NCBI GenBank assembly: GCA_963779615.1
Contig: CAVZZA010000001.1
Coordinates: 64,001 to 128,000, forward strand
Length of the DNA: 64,000 nucleotides
Source of the DNA: an uncultured Nitrososphaeraceae archaeon
GTDB taxonomy: Archaea; Thermoproteota; Nitrososphaeria; Nitrososphaerales; Nitrososphaeraceae
Direction: 5' to 3'
The position numbers and the translations under genes were made by a program. Within the stretch, counting starts at the first letter, position 1; each line of letters starts with the position of its first letter. Below the pieces are notes generated by a model. That model did not search any database. It saw only the letters and a list, made by a program, of their open reading frames with translations, and was not told where the DNA came from. Of the stretch, positions 41,537 to 51,910 are shown piece by piece.

Positions 41537-42324
41537 ACATACCAAACAGCAAAAGCAAAAACAAGGTTTCAGGAAAAGTATTCATTTGCGGGGCAGGACC
41601 GGGAGACCCCAAACTGCTGACAATCAGAGCAACTGAATTGATAAACGAATGCGACATAATTTTATACGATAGATTAATAGACGAAGGGATCACCAAACTA
41701 TTTCCAGAAAAGGCTGAAAAGATGTATGTAGGAAGGAACATTGGTGATCCCACCACACACCAAAACAAGACAAATGAACTAATGCTGGAGCACTCAAAAA
41801 AAGGAAAGAAAGTGTTAAGGCTAAAGGGGGGCGATCCATTTATTTTTGGCAGAGGAGGCGAAGAAGCTGAATTTTTGAAACTAAACAACATCCACTTTGA
41901 AATAGTTCCAGGAATTACATCAGGAATAGGTGCTGCAATATATTCAGGCATTCCATTAACTCATAGAAAATATAGCTCTTCGGTGGCATTTGTGACAGGC
42001 CATGAAGATCCCGAAAAAAAAACGCCGGTGGTAAAATGGGAAAAATTATTTGATGCGATAGACACCGCGGTGATTTACATGGGCACTGAAAAACTAGAAA
42101 TAATCATAGAGAAAATTAAAGGTGGAAACATCAATGAAAAAACAAAAGTCGCCGTAATTGAAAATGGAACTTTAAAGAACCAGAGAGTCATAATAGGAGA
42201 GATAGACAGCATAGTAAGCAAAGTAAAATTGGAAAACATTAAACCTCCTGCAATCGTAATAATAGGCGATACGGTAAATTTGAATGGAAACATTGATTGG
42301 TACTCCCAAAGAGATCCATTTTAA
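41533..42324 (+). CDS. cobA: Uroporphyrinogen-III C-methyltransferase
   Basis: GAGPGDP.LLT, RLKGGDPFIFGRGGEE, VPGITS, VTGH. Confidence 0.97.
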   Translation: MNIPNSKSKNKVSGKVFICGAGPGDPKLLTIRATELINECDIILYDRLIDEGITKLFPEKAEKMYVGRNIGDPTTHQNKTNELMLEHSKKGKKVLRLKGGDPFIFGRGGEEAEFLKLNNIHFEIVPGITSGIGAAIYSGIPLTHRKYSSSVAFVTGHEDPEKKTPVVKWEKLFDAIDTAVIYMGTEKLEIIIEKIKGGNINEKTKVAVIENGTLKNQRVIIGEIDSIVSKVKLENIKPPAIVIIGDTVNLNGNIDWYSQRDPF

Positions 42325-42336
42325 CAAATATCGGCA

Positions 42337-43284
42337 GTGGCGTCAATATTGGCAGATGTAACAAACATTGCAGTCACCAAAGAAGAAATAGATGAAGACG
42401 ACATCCCTCAACAAGACACAATCCATTGTAATGAAAAAATAAACATAATTGCACTTCCAACCATCGTTACCATTCCGCTATGCTCAAAAAACGTATCAGC
42501 CACGGTGAAAAAGATAGGGAGTGGTTTTTATAACTACTATGTATTTTTAAGCGCACATTCAGTAAACATTTTTTTTAATGCAATAGAAAAGGAAAAAAAC
42601 TCCAGCAGCATTTTGCAAGAAATAACAAAAGAGAACAAAGAGAATAACAACAGATTCATTGCAATAGGCCCCAAGACCAAAAAAGCAATAGAAAAAAGAA
42701 GGTTAGAATCCAGTTTAGCTGCTGCTACCATTGCTAATCACAATGCCAATAGCATCAAGTTGGGTTATTCTTTAAGCAGCATCATGAAGTTTTTAGATGA
42801 CTTAGATAAAAGCAATGAAGGAAAAAAAGAGAAGACTAAAATACTAATGCCAAGAAGTGCAGAGTCACAAAAGTCAAACAACATAGTAACAAAAACATAC
42901 AGTAATTTAATCTTGGATCAGGTCTTCTTTTATGAAACTGTAGAGTATGATAAAACAGAAGAGTCCCATGAATGGGACAGGTTTTACGTTCTGGTCCGCC
43001 AAAAAAAACTAAAGTCCATAGTATTTACCAGCCCATCCACAGTAAGAGCATTCTTTAAAATAATAACAAACAGCATCACCCATCACGAAAAACAACTATC
43101 ACTATCGCTGCCGCCAACCTTCCAAAACGAGCAGCATTTGATGAATTGCTTGGGAATTAAGACAATAGTTTCAATTGGCCCCAAAACATCAGAAGAGCTC
43201 AAAAAAAGGGAAATTGATTATTCTGAGTCAGAAGAACACACAGTCAAAGGGGCCATAAATCATCTACTGGAAAAGATTCAGTGA
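42337..43284 (+). CDS. hemD: Uroporphyrinogen-III synthase
   Basis: F.S..SV, AIGPKT, YET, FTSPSTV, SIGPKT; last gene of the hem operon. Confidence 0.9.
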   Translation: MASILADVTNIAVTKEEIDEDDIPQQDTIHCNEKINIIALPTIVTIPLCSKNVSATVKKIGSGFYNYYVFLSAHSVNIFFNAIEKEKNSSSILQEITKENKENNNRFIAIGPKTKKAIEKRRLESSLAAATIANHNANSIKLGYSLSSIMKFLDDLDKSNEGKKEKTKILMPRSAESQKSNNIVTKTYSNLILDQVFFYETVEYDKTEESHEWDRFYVLVRQKKLKSIVFTSPSTVRAFFKIITNSITHHEKQLSLSLPPTFQNEQHLMNCLGIKTIVSIGPKTSEELKKREIDYSESEEHTVKGAINHLLEKIQ

Positions 43285-43553
43285 TTTTTTATCAATAGCA
43301 TCATTTGAAAATCATAAGGCATCCACAATAAAAAGGGATTTTTGTCCAAAAGTAAATAAAGTAATTCCATTTTTACCAAACTCAAATATCGGATAATTTA
43401 ACACAGATGCCGGTCAACACAAATTAGAAAATGCAGAAAAGAATAAAAGCAAGATTCCATCGGAAAATTTTTTCTTATTCTCGTTTACTTTCTTTTCATT
43501 TTTTTTGTTGTTGTTGTTGCTACTGCAGTGCCCAAAATCCATAACTAAAAAGT

Positions 43554-43874
43554 CTACAACAGAATAAACAGATTGTTTTTTTCCTTTTTGATTCTATAAA
43601 CTTTAAGGGGTTCCTCAGCAGGAAGGTTAAGCGCATTGCCATTTTTCATGTCAAAAGAGGAGAGATGCAGTGGACAGGTGACAGTTTTTTCGGATTCGTT
43701 TAAAATTCCCCCAGTCAAATCAACATACGCATGGGTGCAGACCCGGTCAGAAGCATAAAACGTACCATCGATGTTCGCGATCATCAGTTTTTTATCACCG
43801 TAATCATAATCAGTCATTTCACCTTTTTTCAAGCCAAGGAAGTCAGAAATATCAACCCAATTTTCAGACGACAT
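43554..43874 (-). CDS. Rieske-type [2Fe-2S] ferredoxin
   Basis: CTH...CPLH.S.FD...G motif. Confidence 0.93.
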   Translation of the reverse strand: MSSENWVDISDFLGLKKGEMTDYDYGDKKLMIANIDGTFYASDRVCTHAYVDLTGGILNESEKTVTCPLHLSSFDMKNGNALNLPAEEPLKVYRIKKEKNNLFILL

Positions 43875-43890
43875 GTGTGTGTATCACCGC

Positions 43891-45369
43891 TTACCTGTAT
43901 TTATAGTGCTTTTCGAATATATCCGCAGTTTCCTTGTAACGGGATTTTTCGACTTCCAGGATCTGTGCCATGACATCATCAGTTTTCAACAATAGTGGCT
44001 TTCCGGTCCACTTGTTTTCAAACAAATAACTAATCCATGCACGGATAAAGGGCCCCATTTTTCTGGACAAGGGTTCGACGAAACCATGAACGATCTCCCT
44101 TTTGGCACTTTCCCTGTCAAGCCCCCTGCTCATCAAATAAAATATCTGTTCCTCATCGATTTGAGAAACAGATGCAGAGTGGGTGGCCCTAACTTCATTG
44201 GTTTCTATCTCCAATCCAGGAATAGCGTCAGAATGCGATCCCTTGTTTAATAATATTGCGTGCCCAGCCAAATAGGCTTCGGAAGCTTTGGCATCTTTTC
44301 TTATTTTAATCATACCCTTAAAGAGCGATTTAGACTCGTCTTTCATTATGGACTTGACCATCACCCTGCCACGTGTGCTGAATCCGATGTGGTCCAAATT
44401 TGAGGACACATCAAACAATTGTTTTTCGGTTCCAAAAACTATTTCCACGTCCTCAGAAGACGCACCAGGCCCCTTCATAATGCTATCTGTTTTGCATCGG
44501 CTGAGGCTTGTACCAAACATGCCAGTGTACCAGGACATTTTTCCATCCTGTTCAACAAATCCTTTCCTAGTGGAAACGTTGATTGTGGATAAATTCATTG
44601 CCTGCAAAGTTATAAACTCCAACTCAGATGTGGGTTTAACCCCACACTCTAAAACTTCAAAATAGCATTGTTGTTTTTTATTCTCATTAGTTTTATTCTC
44701 CCCCCACTCCCTCTCACCGCTGTCAACATTGGGCATGTTTGACGGTGCAGATTGGGATGACGAATATAGCTCTTGCACAATTGTTGCTTTGGATCCCACA
44801 TCAGAAATTACAACGTTTCTGCAAATTGACGATGTACCGTCACTTTTCAAAGAATAAACTATCCTGATGGGTTCTGTAACAATCAGATTTTTTGGAACGT
44901 ATATAAAGAAACCTGATTGGAATGAAGATAACCCCAATGCAAGAAAACGATCCTCGCCGTAATGATTCGCATTAACTTCAAAATGCCTTTTCAACAGTTC
45001 TGGATGCCTGTCAAAAGCTTCCCGCATGCTTGAAATTATTAAACCCTGTCTGGACAAATCATCCGGAACATAAATGTGTACAATGGATGACCCCACCATG
45101 ATTAAGCTTGGAGATGATTTTATCTCCTCAAGTCGTATTTTCAAATCATCAGACAAGATAGACGATTTGGCGTTTGAGAAAAAAATTTTTTCAGGTTCCA
45201 ACAAGGTTAAGCCAGTGTATTTTGAGTACAAAGGGGAAACCTCAAATGGCAATTCGGAAAATTTAGACATTGCTTTTTTTCTTGTGTCCAATATCCATTC
45301 AGGTTCACCATGTTCGTCAGGCAATATCTCACTGTAGTTGTCTTTTGAAATCAAAGATAAAGGAATCAT
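43891..45369 (-). CDS. sufD: Fe-S cluster assembly protein SufD
   Basis: IPGLEI...V.ATH.A.V.QID.EQIFYL.SRG; follows sufB. Confidence 0.92.
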   Translation of the reverse strand: MIPLSLISKDNYSEILPDEHGEPEWILDTRKKAMSKFSELPFEVSPLYSKYTGLTLLEPEKIFFSNAKSSILSDDLKIRLEEIKSSPSLIMVGSSIVHIYVPDDLSRQGLIISSMREAFDRHPELLKRHFEVNANHYGEDRFLALGLSSFQSGFFIYVPKNLIVTEPIRIVYSLKSDGTSSICRNVVISDVGSKATIVQELYSSSQSAPSNMPNVDSGEREWGENKTNENKKQQCYFEVLECGVKPTSELEFITLQAMNLSTINVSTRKGFVEQDGKMSWYTGMFGTSLSRCKTDSIMKGPGASSEDVEIVFGTEKQLFDVSSNLDHIGFSTRGRVMVKSIMKDESKSLFKGMIKIRKDAKASEAYLAGHAILLNKGSHSDAIPGLEIETNEVRATHSASVSQIDEEQIFYLMSRGLDRESAKREIVHGFVEPLSRKMGPFIRAWISYLFENKWTGKPLLLKTDDVMAQILEVEKSRYKETADIFEKHYKYR

Positions 45370-45431
45370 AAATTAACCCTTGTGACTAATCTATAAAAAA
45401 AATATAACAGAAGGAGAAGTAGGCGAGGACA

Positions 45432-46841
45432 TTAACCTACTGAACCCTCCATCTCCATCTTTACCATTCGGTTCAGTTCTACGGCATATTCCATGGGAAG
45501 TTCTTTTGTAAATGGCTCCATAAACCCACCTACAATAAGACTCAGTGCATCAGACTCTGAATATCCTCTGCTCATCAGGTAAAATATTTGCTCATCGCCA
45601 ATCTTTCCCACGGTTGCCTCATGAGTAATGGTAGCATCATCCTCATTAACTTCCACATATGGATAAGTATCAGTTCTAGAAAACTCATCAAGCAATAGCG
45701 CATCGCAGCGGACATTTGACTTTACGCCATTTGCTCCCTTTGCAACATGCAATAGTCCCCTGTATGTGGTTCTACCAGAATCTTTACTAACAGATTTGCT
45801 GACAACCCTAGATGTGGTGTTGGGGGCAAGATGAACGACTTTGGCACCGGCATCCTGGTGTTGGTTTTTTCCAGCAAAAGCAATAGAAATAATTTCGGCA
45901 TGGGCGTTTTTACCAAGCATATACACTCCCGGATATTTCATTGTCAATTTACTTCCCAGGTTACCGTCAACCCACTCAACAGTGGCGTTTTCATACGCAT
46001 ATGCCCTTTTGGTTACCAAATTGTAAACGTCTTTGCTCCAGTTTTGAATAGTGGTATACCTTATCTTTGCACCTTTTTTTGCGACCAGCTCAACTACGGC
46101 AGAATGCAATGATTCGGAGGAATACACTGGAGCCGTGCAGCCCTCTATGTAATGGACTTCTGCGCCCTCATCAGCAATAATCAATGTTCTTTCAAACTGA
46201 CCAATATTTTCGGCGTTTATCCTAAAATAAGCCTGTAAAGGTAGCTCAACTTTTACGTTTGGAGGTATATAAATAAAAGAACCGCCAGACCATACCGCAC
46301 TGTTTAACGCGGCAAATTTGTTATCTTCTGGTGGTATGATTTTTCCAAAATGCTTTCTAAGCAAATCTGGGAATTTTTTAACCGCGGTATCGGTGTCAAT
46401 AAAAATCACACCTTGTTTTTCCAACTCCTCATTTAAATGGTGATAAACAGTTTCGGATTCGTATTGCGCACCAACCCCAGCCAGGAATTTGCGTTCGGCC
46501 TCAGGAATACCCAATTTTTCAAAGGTATTCCTTACAGATTCTGGAACATCATCCCAGCTCTGACTCTGCTTGCCGGCAGCTTTAGCATAATAATAAATGT
46601 TTTGAAAATCAATATGCCCAAGATCGCCGCCCCAATTTGGCATAGGTTTACTCATAAAAACTTCATAAGATCTCAATCTAAAATCAAGCATCCAATCAGG
46701 CTCGCCTTTCATTTTGCTTATTTCCTCAACGGTACCCCTTGAGAGCCCTTTTTTACTCAAATAGGCATAAACTTCTGTGGAATCTTTGAAATCATATTTG
46801 CTATAATCCATATCCAATTCTTTCGTAGCCATAGCATTCAT
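45432..46841 (-). CDS. sufB: Fe-S cluster assembly protein SufB, no intein
   Basis: [30 protein letters not shown]. Confidence 0.98.
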   Translation of the reverse strand: MNAMATKELDMDYSKYDFKDSTEVYAYLSKKGLSRGTVEEISKMKGEPDWMLDFRLRSYEVFMSKPMPNWGGDLGHIDFQNIYYYAKAAGKQSQSWDDVPESVRNTFEKLGIPEAERKFLAGVGAQYESETVYHHLNEELEKQGVIFIDTDTAVKKFPDLLRKHFGKIIPPEDNKFAALNSAVWSGGSFIYIPPNVKVELPLQAYFRINAENIGQFERTLIIADEGAEVHYIEGCTAPVYSSESLHSAVVELVAKKGAKIRYTTIQNWSKDVYNLVTKRAYAYENATVEWVDGNLGSKLTMKYPGVYMLGKNAHAEIISIAFAGKNQHQDAGAKVVHLAPNTTSRVVSKSVSKDSGRTTYRGLLHVAKGANGVKSNVRCDALLLDEFSRTDTYPYVEVNEDDATITHEATVGKIGDEQIFYLMSRGYSESDALSLIVGGFMEPFTKELPMEYAVELNRMVKMEMEGSVG

Positions 46842-46957
46842 AACACTGTTATATGATATAAATATTTTTATCTATCAATCTAAAACTTACAAGAAAAGCA
46901 ATTTTTTAAAATCGTTTAGAAAGCAATCAATATATTCCTAGAGAAAAAAGCGCAAAT

Positions 46958-47914
46958 ATGAATATCAAGGGAAAAGTTATAGTTTGTGACTCAATAGACG
47001 AAAAAGGAATAAACAGCCTAAAAAATGCGGGTTTGGCTGTGGACTATACACCAGATATTTCCGCCCAAGAACTAATATCAAAAGTAAGGGATTATGATGT
47101 TATTGTCGTCAGAAGCAGAACCAAAATAACCAAGGAGGTTATCCAAAATGCAAATAAAACAAAAATAATAGCCAGGGTAGGAGTGGGGCTAGACAACATT
47201 GACACAGAAGAAGCAAGCAAACAGAACATAGAGGTAATAAATGCAGCTGAAGCATCAATCACCGCTGTTTCTGAATTAGTTGTGGGGTTTATGCTGTCTT
47301 TGAGCAGAAGCATACCTTTTGCCAACAACGAAACTAAAAAAGGAAACTGGGTTAAGAAGAACCTAACAGGTACCGAGTTAAAGGGAAAGTATTTAGGAAT
47401 AATCGGGTTAGGGAAAATCGGAAGAAATGTAGCGAGATTAGCAAGGGGACTAAGAATGAATCTAATAGGATACGATGTGGTACCTATTGACAAAGGCTTT
47501 ATCCAAGAAGTGTCACTAATTACAACCGATTTAAAGACCCTGATGGAAAGTTCAGATTTTGTGACATGCCATGTTCCACTCACAGAACAAACAAAATATC
47601 TGGTGAATAAGGAGATGTTTTCAAGCATGAGAAGCAGCTCGTACATAATCAACACATCAAGGGGGGGGGTTTTGGAAGAGGCGGCACTGATAGAGGCATT
47701 GAAGAATAACAAAATAGCTGGTGCGGCATTGGATGTTTTTGAAGTTGAACCTCCAACTAACAAAGAACTACTAGAACTCCCGAACTTGATATGCTCACCC
47801 CACATAGGAGCACAAACCATGGAAGGTCAAGAATTAGCTTCAACAGTGATAGCAGAAAAAATAATACAGAAATTAATCACCATGGAAGGCAACAACAGCA
47901 CCGGCAATAACTAG
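46958..47914 (+). CDS. serA: D-3-phosphoglycerate dehydrogenase-like 2-hydroxyacid dehydrogenase (no ACT domain)
   Basis: VRSRTK, ARVGVGLDNID, G.IGLGKIG, INTSRG, DVFE.EP, PHIGAQT.E. Confidence 0.88.
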   Translation: MNIKGKVIVCDSIDEKGINSLKNAGLAVDYTPDISAQELISKVRDYDVIVVRSRTKITKEVIQNANKTKIIARVGVGLDNIDTEEASKQNIEVINAAEASITAVSELVVGFMLSLSRSIPFANNETKKGNWVKKNLTGTELKGKYLGIIGLGKIGRNVARLARGLRMNLIGYDVVPIDKGFIQEVSLITTDLKTLMESSDFVTCHVPLTEQTKYLVNKEMFSSMRSSSYIINTSRGGVLEEAALIEALKNNKIAGAALDVFEVEPPTNKELLELPNLICSPHIGAQTMEGQELASTVIAEKIIQKLITMEGNNSTGNN

Positions 47915-48315
47915 TCAACATTAATTGTTGCCCTATTTTTGTTTACATTTAAAATCCTTTAAAAATGGTAACCAATGACACAAATATAAACACGAAATGG
48001 CAAAATTGCACGTCTATTTAACGGTTATGTCGATTACTTTTGTTTTTGAGTGCAATCCACGCATTATTCGCACACTACCTTTTTTACATTGAATTTTTTG
48101 ATATTTTTTGTATTATCTCCTTGTTGTCTTTTTCCTTAACAGAAGGCGAACTTACAGGAATCTCAATTTCATTGTTCATATCACCCATAACAAATTTGTC
48201 AAAAGAGTCAAATTTTACCCTAACAGTAAAAATCAATCAATACAGTAAAATTTATTTTGCTATTTAAATAGATGCACCATTCAATAAATCCTGAAACACA
48301 CCGATAAAGAAATCC

Positions 48316-48742
48316 TATTGAGTTGGAGTGATATTTACAAACGTAGTAGAGGCAATTTGCCAAAAAATCAAATCAAAGATAGGCAGCCATTTGGAATGAT
48401 ATGAAACAATATCCATAGCAAATGGAGGCATTATTCCAGCAACAATATTTTCATATAATCTAGGCATTAGGATATTCATCTGTTTCCAATAATTGGCAGG
48501 AAACAATCCACAGCAAGGCACCCACACTGAAAACCACCAAAAAATATTTGCCAATAGATGAAATTTATGACACAGTAAAAACCCTGGAGAAAACAGCAAA
48601 ATGCTTAAGATCAATCAATCATTTAGACATTTTCATGGTGGAGGGATGCAACACAATCATTTCGGCCAACCATGTTTACGGAAGTGTGCTTGATGATTCC
48701 AGATGGTGGTATTTCCATTGGAAGGACGGCATCAATAAATGA
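48316..48742 (+). pseudogene. Decayed purine phosphoribosyltransferase (Gpt/Hpt-like)
   Basis: Fragments SWSDI, IANGGIIPATIFSYNLGI, PRPP-loop-like IDEIYDTVKTL and C-terminal WWYFHWK (cf. WIVFPWE), interrupted by stops and frameshifts. Confidence 0.65.
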
Positions 48743-48759
48743 TAAAAAGTATGACATGA

Positions 48760-48969
48760 TTATTTAAGATTATCCAACAAGTCTTTCTTGAATGTTCCCC
48801 GAGCCTTGTTTAAGTAAACATAAAATAAAGACAGGGCAAAGCTGGCTATTCCCCCAAATATAAAGAACCCGTTTAACGTTGCAAGTGACAAAACCGACAT
48901 TACAAAGGTTATTGAAATAAAAATTAAAGACAATTTCTTTAATTTGTTCATGATCAACAATGCAAACAA
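48760..48969 (-). CDS. Small 2-TM membrane protein
   Basis: Two hydrophobic helices with basic flanks. Confidence 0.6.
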   Translation of the reverse strand: MFALLIMNKLKKLSLIFISITFVMSVLSLATLNGFFIFGGIASFALSLFYVYLNKARGTFKKDLLDNLK

Positions 48970-49544
48970 TAATATAAATACAGATCTATTGAAAAAAACA
49001 GTAAAATAAAAATAATCAAGAAACCAGGTTTTTATGATTTATGTTTATTTCCATTGAAAGGGCATGGCAGGTAAAAAAAACAACAACTTTCAAGTTTTAA
49101 ACCCATAACAACCAGAAACAAAACATAATGTGTTTATGCCATATCCTTGCCCTCATCCATATGACAACAACCAAAAGATTGAAATGCAAATCAATAGATA
49201 AAAAAGCACATATAGACAGCCCTGAAAAAAACACACGAAAAAAGACGATTAACCTTCTTATCCCATCAAGGTCGTATCAAAAAATACAGCAAAACAATCA
49301 AGCACCCCCCATCAATCAGGTAAAATTTTTCGCTTTTAGTCCATCCGTAAGTCGCTTTAAAGCGATAACGGGTAGAGTTTAGTGTCAAGCCAGAGTCAAT
49401 CATTAAAGATACAGTTGAGTTGTACAACAAACACAATACAGGTTACTAATCTGCTAAGGGCTAAACGGACAAAGCCGTAAAACCATCAAATGATTTAGGC
49501 CGCATTAAAATTTTGAAGAAATATTCAAACCGACCAACAATGCA

Positions 49545-50684
49545 TTAAATATTTTTATAACTAGAGGCTTTAAAGCTATACAGGTACCGTTTTCTCTCAT
49601 AAATCATCAAAACAATGATTCCTACAACCAACATCACCTCTAATGACTTATCCAATATTCCGTATATGTCAACATCCTCAGGATGAGTGTTTGGGGAAAG
49701 GGGAGGCGGAAGGGTTACCGCATACAGATACAAAAGAATCAAAAAAAGAGATCCCCCCAGTCCAATCCAATTAAGCCTTAAAGACTTTTTATAATATTGC
49801 TTGGATATTAGCAATTTATTTGACTTTTTGATGCGAGGATCACTATCGTCTGAGAAAATCAGCAAGAAATACATGATTCCATACCCGATTTGAATAGCCG
49901 AGGCTGAGAGCAAAAAAACACTGTACTCCAACCTCAAACCACCATGTTCAGGGTAGACAGCCAGGTGAACCACTGCCGCACCCAAAGCCAAAAGCAAAAC
50001 AGAGTACTTTATAAAATCATAATTAGAGATCGGATCAACAGACTTGTTTTTTCTTCTGTTCCAAAATCCCCAAAACAAACCAACGCCCACGACAGCAATA
50101 ACACCAAACACAGAGGCAAATATAACTAATGAAAAAATTGAGCCAAAATTTTCCGATATTGACACGTTAAAGACACCTCTTTCGCAATGACAACCGGTAC
50201 TGTCGTTCAAGATTGTCCTGGGGGGAGGAACTGTGTTGATTATTTGGCTGCTGCTGACATCATCATTTAACACACTAAGCACAATTTCATAATTGCCAAT
50301 CTTGGGGAATACAAACGGAACCTCAAAATCCCCGATGTCTGCCCTTGTCCATGGAAAAACAGAAACTCTTTCGTTAGTTTTTGCGGAGTAAATTTCAACC
50401 ATGACTATCACGTTATGTACATCGCGCCCATCCCTATCCTGGATGCTGAACATGATTTTTGACAATTCGTTTGGTTTTGCATAGGCGGGTTCAAGTTGCT
50501 CATTGACATAGTATTTGTCGCTGATGCCAAATCCTGCGGTATTATAATGGCCCAAATGGTCAAAATGGCCATGTGCAAATTGAGAAGAAGATAAAAAAGT
50601 GAGATAGAGAAACGCAACAAGGAAAGCCAGAACCAATGCTTTGGTGCGGTCTTTAACACTGTTTTTTAGAACCATAAAAACCAC
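49545..50684 (-). CDS. Membrane protein with a His-rich N-terminus, an extracellular Ig/YtkA-like domain and a C-terminal TM bundle (putative copper-handling)
   Basis: Signal peptide then HFDHLGH; F.FP..G.YEI; CHC; TM motif HLAVYPEH; last gene of the cox cluster. Confidence 0.65.
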   Translation of the reverse strand: MVFMVLKNSVKDRTKALVLAFLVAFLYLTFLSSSQFAHGHFDHLGHYNTAGFGISDKYYVNEQLEPAYAKPNELSKIMFSIQDRDGRDVHNVIVMVEIYSAKTNERVSVFPWTRADIGDFEVPFVFPKIGNYEIVLSVLNDDVSSSQIINTVPPPRTILNDSTGCHCERGVFNVSISENFGSIFSLVIFASVFGVIAVVGVGLFWGFWNRRKNKSVDPISNYDFIKYSVLLLALGAAVVHLAVYPEHGGLRLEYSVFLLSASAIQIGYGIMYFLLIFSDDSDPRIKKSNKLLISKQYYKKSLRLNWIGLGGSLFLILLYLYAVTLPPPLSPNTHPEDVDIYGILDKSLEVMLVVGIIVLMIYERKRYLYSFKASSYKNI

Positions 50685-50688
50685 CCGG

Positions 50689-51276
50689 TTATAAATCAGA
50701 CTTGCTTGTGAAAAAGTTAGCTGAGGACTTGGAATTAGATGGCGATGAGTTGAATGAAAGGGATGTGGCAGATGATGGGGATTGGGAGGAGGGTGAGGAA
50801 GAGGAAAGGTGAGATGAAGAAGACAGTGAAGACTTTAGCTTTTGGTTGGTGTAAAATGTGCTTATGACAACAAAAACAAGACTGCTGAATAATACCAATC
50901 CCAACCCAAGATGTGCAGTAACCAAAAGAGCGTGCAGTTTTTCAGTGATTACGGTTGCACCCAAAGCTATTTGGCCCAATACTGCACCTGCAGCTATGAC
51001 GGAAAAGATCTTTGTAGAGCGCTCCGGATTTTTTCCTTTGACCACAAAGACCGCAGTGAGAAAAACCAAAAGGCCAGTGGTTGCAGCTATGGACCTGTGA
51101 GTATACTCAACTAAAAACTCAGCCGAGGGAACTAAACCATGCGGGCAAAGTGGCCAGTCAGGGCATGATAAACCAACCCCACTGGAGCTAACGTATCCAC
51201 CCATAAACATCAAACCAAACAAAACACACAAGGTAAACAGGGAGAACATTAGAAGAAATTTATCGTAATTCATCAT
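50689..51276 (-). CDS. ctaA: Heme A synthase (short archaeal CtaA/Cox15)
   Basis: GLSCPDWPLC, EYTHR, conserved TM His (VTAH); Ser-rich tail. Confidence 0.92.
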   Translation of the reverse strand: MMNYDKFLLMFSLFTLCVLFGLMFMGGYVSSSGVGLSCPDWPLCPHGLVPSAEFLVEYTHRSIAATTGLLVFLTAVFVVKGKNPERSTKIFSVIAAGAVLGQIALGATVITEKLHALLVTAHLGLGLVLFSSLVFVVISTFYTNQKLKSSLSSSSHLSSSSPSSQSPSSATSLSFNSSPSNSKSSANFFTSKSDL

Positions 51277-51328
51277 ATTATCATCTTAATAATGTTTCAT
51301 TTCAAATATAATTTTATTGTGCGTGAAT

Positions 51329-51661
51329 AAAAAGAAGAAATGGGGATAAGGAGGAGAAGACAGGCCTATAGACCGACTACGCCGTGACAGTTAGCGTTCC
51401 TTTCATGAAGGGATGCACTGTGCAGTGGTAAGGATAGTCACCAGCAGCCAAAGTCGATGTGTCTATTTTTGCGGACTTTCCTGCCATTATGAGGCTCGTG
51501 TCAAACGATTTGCCGGTTGTGGGGTCATCTGGCCCCTCTCCGTTGGTTGCCGTATGCGGGGCATTGTCATCGTTTACCACGTTGACTGAATCACCCTTCT
51601 TCACGGACAATTTTGCTGGCTCATATGATGGATTGCCTTGGGTTGAAGCGCCAGAGGGAAT
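51329..51661. repeat. Direct repeat copy 1 (cupredoxin domain plus 3' non-coding region)
   Basis: Near-identical to 54088-54419; about 5 substitutions and 1 indel by eye. Confidence 0.92.
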
Positions 51662-51910
51662 GGATAGAGTACCGGCTGGAGGGGCGGCTGTTTGGGCACC
51701 CGAACCAGCACCACCCCCACCTGGTGCGGCTTGTGTTTCCTCAGGTGAAGGTTTAGGCACCGACACAGGTGGTGGAACGCTTAACATAAAGTGCCAGTTG
51801 GCTATTATGACAAAGCCAACAACAGCCATGAAAGCAAAGACAACAATCAAGCCTTTGCCCAAGCGGCCGGGTGTTGTCCTAATGATGCGGTTCTCGTCGT
51901 GCGAAGTCAT
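51377..51910 (-). CDS. Membrane-anchored type-1 blue copper protein (cupredoxin)
   Basis: TM helix, Pro/Gly linker, PHTAT...YHCTVHPFM.G ligands. The ATG at 51910 overlaps the coxA end. Confidence 0.92.
   Translation of the reverse strand: MTSHDENRIIRTTPGRLGKGLIVVFAFMAVVGFVIIANWHFMLSVPPPVSVPKPSPEETQAAPGGGGAGSGAQTAAPPAGTLSIPSGASTQGNPSYEPAKLSVKKGDSVNVVNDDNAPHTATNGEGPDDPTTGKSFDTSLIMAGKSAKIDTSTLAAGDYPYHCTVHPFMKGTLTVTA

Noticed and set aside
47092-47820. 242-aa antisense ORF, and similar shadows at 37056-37634, 41511-41951, 51459-51977 and 54217-54702
   Set aside because: They lie antisense to well-supported genes and have no motifs; codon-bias shadows.
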